Shown one piece after another: positions 26,268-30,315 of a DNA stretch of 30,315 nucleotides. Both the position numbers and the translations under genes were made by a program. The stretch is from Chitinophagaceae bacterium (GTDB lineage: Bacteria > Bacteroidota > Bacteroidia > Chitinophagales > Chitinophagaceae), in the NCBI GenBank assembly GCA_947447815.1, contig CANFLJ010000001.1:1-30315 (forward strand), in the 5' to 3' direction. The notes beneath the pieces were generated by a model. It saw only the letters and a program-made list of their open reading frames with translations. It had not been told where the DNA came from and did not search any database. The stretch's first letter is position 1. Each line of letters starts with the position of its first letter.

Positions 26268-27746
26268 ATGCAACAGAATCCGGCTATCATTATCATTAAT
26301 AGTTTAAATAAAAAGAAGGCTGAAATTGTAAAAGCCCGACTAGAAACGGAGTCCAGAACCAGTTTATTAAAACTATTTGAAATTTTATATTCCAAAAGGG
26401 ATAGCAGCATCGATAAAAAGGATTTATTTAAAAAGCTTTATGGTTATAATTATAGTGATGATAAGGACTATTTACTAAGAAATGAGCTTAGAATATTAAG
26501 ACAGAAATTAGATGATATCATCATTAAAATGGCCATTGAAACGGAAGTGAAAAGCAATATTAACTACCGGAATAAAATGAGGCTTTTTGCATACCGTCAG
26601 TTTGGTTTGAATGAACTTTTTGCTGATGAATATGATGGAGCTGTTGATAGTGCCAACAGTAATCTGGACTTTGAGAAAGTTTTATCTATGCAACAATGGA
26701 TAATGGAACTAGGGTACAATCATAAATTAAACCATTTGAAATCGTACGAAGAGAAGGCTATCTTCTTTAAAACTTTGTCAGAAAATTGTACAGGAACTTT
26801 GGAAGAATTTTCTGCAACAATTCTTAGAATGTCGCAATATTATTATTCTCTGGCGGGGTACTACCAACAGTTGGCTGGAAAGGGGTCTCTTTTTAATATA
26901 CTGGAAGAAGATTATCAATTAAAAATAAAAGACCATCCATTGAGCTTACATTTTCATTACCGATCGCTGGCTATTCATACAAATGGAAAAGAGCGATTAA
27001 TGAATTTTATAAAGTCTTTTGAGATGCTAGAGAATCATAATCCACAAAATGATTATATAATCGAGCTTGAATTAAATTCATTGCTGAATATCAGCAGAAG
27101 CCTGCAACAGACAAGGGATTATGAAGCTGCAATGAATTATATTGCTAAAGCATTTAATGATTATCTACCCAAGCTTGATAATTATGCCTCAGAAGAAAAA
27201 CTATATGCAAACTATCTGATAGCACTCATGAATATGTTTGAATATGAGAAAGCTATTTCTATTTTAAACAGCTTACAAGAAAAGAACAAAGGGGAACAAT
27301 ACATAAATAACTGGTTTAATATTTACCAGATTATGGGCAATATTGGCATGAAGGATATGAAGATGGTGAGCAAGCTGATGCCGGTAAATTTTAATAATAT
27401 ACCACCCCAGCACAGGGTTTATTATAGACTGCTTTTATGTATAGAACTGCATCTATTAAATAGAGAGGATCAGGCTTGTAGAGAGTTTCAGAATTTAACT
27501 AATAGTAAATTGAATGATGAGTACGGTAAGGATGTAGAATATGTAATTGGTCTATTTGGATTTGCATTTGTGCTCTTTGAAAAATATCAAGGGCAAAAAA
27601 ATGTTCTCAGCGAAAAAGAGCTTATTAAATTAAATATGCTTACAGAGCAAGTAGAAAATAATATATTGAATGATATTAATATCCTTCCTCTTTATAGATG
27701 GATACGAAGAGAGCTAGAGTTAAAATTTAAACTCCAACAGGATTAA
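26268..27746 (+). CDS. Hypothetical all-helical protein (possible N-terminal winged helix plus TPR-like repeats)
   Basis: 492 aa, no signal peptide. IDKKDLFKKLYG...LLRNELRILRQKL; helical repeats such as YEAAMNYIAKA and YEKAISILNSL. Confidence 0.75.
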   Translation: MQQNPAIIIINSLNKKKAEIVKARLETESRTSLLKLFEILYSKRDSSIDKKDLFKKLYGYNYSDDKDYLLRNELRILRQKLDDIIIKMAIETEVKSNINYRNKMRLFAYRQFGLNELFADEYDGAVDSANSNLDFEKVLSMQQWIMELGYNHKLNHLKSYEEKAIFFKTLSENCTGTLEEFSATILRMSQYYYSLAGYYQQLAGKGSLFNILEEDYQLKIKDHPLSLHFHYRSLAIHTNGKERLMNFIKSFEMLENHNPQNDYIIELELNSLLNISRSLQQTRDYEAAMNYIAKAFNDYLPKLDNYASEEKLYANYLIALMNMFEYEKAISILNSLQEKNKGEQYINNWFNIYQIMGNIGMKDMKMVSKLMPVNFNNIPPQHRVYYRLLLCIELHLLNREDQACREFQNLTNSKLNDEYGKDVEYVIGLFGFAFVLFEKYQGQKNVLSEKELIKLNMLTEQVENNILNDINILPLYRWIRRELELKFKLQQD

Positions 27747-28068
27747 TATTATTAAAGGTCAGCACTTTCACCAAAGATTCAATTTGAATCAAAACGAACA
27801 TCAAACACTTACATTATTCACTTATATCAATCATCACTTTTTCAAACGCACCCATAAATACTTTTGATCCAGCGTGTTTAAATAAAATATGTTTCGACTA
27901 CTGCTTTCTGTTTTTGTATCCATATAAAAGTCCTTTATATGCAATTAAATATTAAAGCACCTTTTAAGAATAATTGATGAATGGCAATGCATACAGATTT
28001 AATAGTCTTAAATTTACCACTCCCGATTTAATAATCAATATGATTACTAACTTAATTTAGTCTAAAAG

Positions 28069-29244
28069 ATGAAACAAGTCTCAATCTTATTGTTTTTGTT
28101 AGTCCTTTTCCAAAACAGCAATGCTGCTGATAAGAATAAACCATTATCCCGATTTAATTTTATGGTATTGAATGGAGGCTCCGTTATTATCAGGGCACAA
28201 GTAGATACTATTTCCGACACCCTCAATTTTATACTCGATACAGGATGTGGGGGTATTTCCTTAGATTCCGCTACAGCAGAGGAATATCATATTCCTACCG
28301 TTAAAACAGACATTAATGTGGTGGGTATTGCCGGTACAAGATTGCTCAGTTTTGCCTACAATCATAGTTTAATTCTAAACGGATTTAAAATAGATAGTTT
28401 ACAATATCATATCAACGATTATGAAATACTTACCTGTGCAAATGGAATACGCATAGATGGGGTAATAGGGTACTCTTTATTTAAAAAGTATATTATCTCT
28501 ATAAACTACGATGACAATACTATTGAATTATATGATAGCGCTCATTTTACTTATCCCAGAAAGGGGTATTATATATATCCAAACATAAATCCACTTCCAC
28601 ATTTAGACATACAATTGAGTGACGCAAAGGCGATAAAAAGTAATCTGATTTTTGATACCGGAGCAGGCCTTTTTTGTTTACTGAATAATCAATGTGAAAA
28701 GGAAACAGGATTAGTATACCCCAAAAGAAAAAAATATAGAATACAGGCAGAAGGTATCGGGGGTAAAAAAGAAGCGGATTTAACGGTAATCAATAAACTA
28801 AAGATTGGAAAGTACTCCTTTAGAAATGTTCCTGTATACCTGATAGATGATGAAAATAACGTAACAGGATACCCAGCTGGATGCGGTCTTATTGGTAATG
28901 AAATTCTTAGACGTTTTAATACAATTTTTGATTATCCTCATAAGACTATCTATCTAAAACCAAACAACCATTTTTATGATTTATTTGATTATTCCTATAC
29001 TGGTTTAAGTGTATTTGATCTGGATGGTAAAGTAACCGTTACGGAGATTATGCCCGAATCTCCCGGTAAAAAAGCAGGTTTTGAAGCAGATGATGTAATA
29101 ATTGCTATTGATAATGTAATCATCAATAATATACAACAGTGTAAATCACTGTTTCAGAATATTGGTAAAACATTACTGGTATGGATAGAAAGAGATGGAA
29201 AAACAAAACTCTTAAAGCTGGATATTAAAAACATTCAGGATTAG
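28069..29244 (+). CDS. Exported aspartyl protease (two retropepsin-like domains) with C-terminal PDZ
   Basis: 391 aa. Signal peptide; FILDTGCG and IFDTGAG, GVIGY and GLIGN; PESPGKKAGFEADDVIIAID. Confidence 0.9.
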   Translation: MKQVSILLFLLVLFQNSNAADKNKPLSRFNFMVLNGGSVIIRAQVDTISDTLNFILDTGCGGISLDSATAEEYHIPTVKTDINVVGIAGTRLLSFAYNHSLILNGFKIDSLQYHINDYEILTCANGIRIDGVIGYSLFKKYIISINYDDNTIELYDSAHFTYPRKGYYIYPNINPLPHLDIQLSDAKAIKSNLIFDTGAGLFCLLNNQCEKETGLVYPKRKKYRIQAEGIGGKKEADLTVINKLKIGKYSFRNVPVYLIDDENNVTGYPAGCGLIGNEILRRFNTIFDYPHKTIYLKPNNHFYDLFDYSYTGLSVFDLDGKVTVTEIMPESPGKKAGFEADDVIIAIDNVIINNIQQCKSLFQNIGKTLLVWIERDGKTKLLKLDIKNIQD

Positions 29245-29315
29245 TATTCTACTACTAATATATCCCTAAATTTGTCATCTTTCCTTTTGAATATTTTTGG
29301 AAAATTAATAATGCA

Positions 29316-30315
29316 ATGATGGTTAAGAAAAGTTTATTATATATTTTATGTTTATGGGTAATTGGTACAAACGCTCAAGCACCGGCAACCTATTATGATA
29401 GCGCTGCTGGCAAGACCTGCGATGTATTGAAAACTGCTCTCAGAAACATTATTACCAATGGACACACACCAAGAACATATACCGACTTATGGGCTCAATA
29501 TGCCATATCCGATGTTAAACCAAGAACAGTAGGAACTGGAAGTGCAACTGTTATTTACGATGTATACTCTACCATCCCAAATGGTACTGATCCATATCAG
29601 TATACCCCATTAACCACACAATGTGGTGGTTATAAAAAAGAAGGAGATTGCTATAATAAAGAACATTCAATTCCTGAAAGCTGGTTCAGCGGTAATCATG
29701 GCGTACCGGGTGATGCCACTGATTATAACTTCATTTTTCCGGTAGATGGATATGTAAATAGTCATCGTTCAAATTATCCTTATAGCGAGGTAGGTACTGT
29801 TACCTGGCCTTCGCAAAATGGTGGCAAATTAGGGCAATCAATATTTCCTGGTGTAACAGGAATGTCTTATGAACCTATCGATTCTTTTAAAGGAGATTTA
29901 GCTAGAGCCTTTTTATATTTTGTTACCAGATATCAGGATAGTATTCCAGTCTGGGGAACCAATCCTGATGCTGCTCAGGCATTTGATACCAATACTTTTC
30001 CAAGCATAAAAGTACCTTTTATAAAGTTGATGATCAAGTGGCACAAACTAGATCCAGTTAGTCAGAAAGAAATAGACAGAAATAACGCTGCATTTACTTA
30101 TCAGGGAAATCGTAACCCTTATATCGATCATCCGGAATATGTAGATCTGGTTTGGAATAGTACCTGTACCGGCTTAGCTGCTTTACCAGTTAATATCACC
30201 AGTTTTAGCGGTAAACTAAATACAGGAAGGGTAAACTTAAGCTGGAAAAGTAGTGGTGAAATAAACTTGCAGTCTTATACAATTGAAAGAAGAGAAAATG
30301 CTTCAGATAAATTTA
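29316..30315 (+). CDS. Secreted endonuclease I (EndA-like) family protein, runs off the window end
   Basis: Manually translated from ATG 29316 (or 29319). Signal peptide; YNKEHSIPESWF, VNSHRSNYPY, FKGDLARAFLYFVTRY, RNN...QGNRNPYIDHPE, then LPVNITSF. TAAATTTG at 29267-29274. Confidence 0.9.
   Translation, partial: MMVKKSLLYILCLWVIGTNAQAPATYYDSAAGKTCDVLKTALRNIITNGHTPRTYTDLWAQYAISDVKPRTVGTGSATVIYDVYSTIPNGTDPYQYTPLTTQCGGYKKEGDCYNKEHSIPESWFSGNHGVPGDATDYNFIFPVDGYVNSHRSNYPYSEVGTVTWPSQNGGKLGQSIFPGVTGMSYEPIDSFKGDLARAFLYFVTRYQDSIPVWGTNPDAAQAFDTNTFPSIKVPFIKLMIKWHKLDPVSQKEIDRNNAAFTYQGNRNPYIDHPEYVDLVWNSTCTGLAALPVNITSFSGKLNTGRVNLSWKSSGEINLQSYTIERRENASDKF

Noticed and set aside
22436-26410. ORFs 22436-22633 and 26222-26410
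   Set aside because: They overlap longer supported genes and have no independent support.
27750-27930. Possible minus-strand gene remnant
   Set aside because: Only fragments of 30 codons or fewer, with no recognisable family.

Overview
Bacteroidota chromosomal window, probably Chitinophagaceae-like (murF-alr fusion, T9SS C-terminal sorting domain, TAnnTTTG promoters). The left third holds an AT-rich, translationally coupled three-gene minus-strand operon: an SBD-like HNH nuclease, a 1606-aa exonuclease-RecQ-UvrD double helicase and a DUF2075 nuclease-helicase. It is bracketed by REP-like palindromes and is a candidate uncharacterised anti-phage or DNA-restriction system. Next come a small ORF, a 309-aa hypothetical gene, an 11 x 21-bp tandem array and a divergent atypical NarL/LuxR regulator. 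Then follow murF-alr, a GH3/serine-hydrolase fusion, a lipoprotein, a large T9SS beta-propeller protein, a wHTH/TPR-like protein, an aspartyl protease-PDZ protein and a truncated secreted endonuclease I. Nine clusters of shuffled modules delimited by AATACA/TGTATT occupy most intergenic spaces in the first 21 kb. No rRNA, tRNA, CRISPR, integrase or transposase was recognised. All motif calls were made by eye; no database searches were run.
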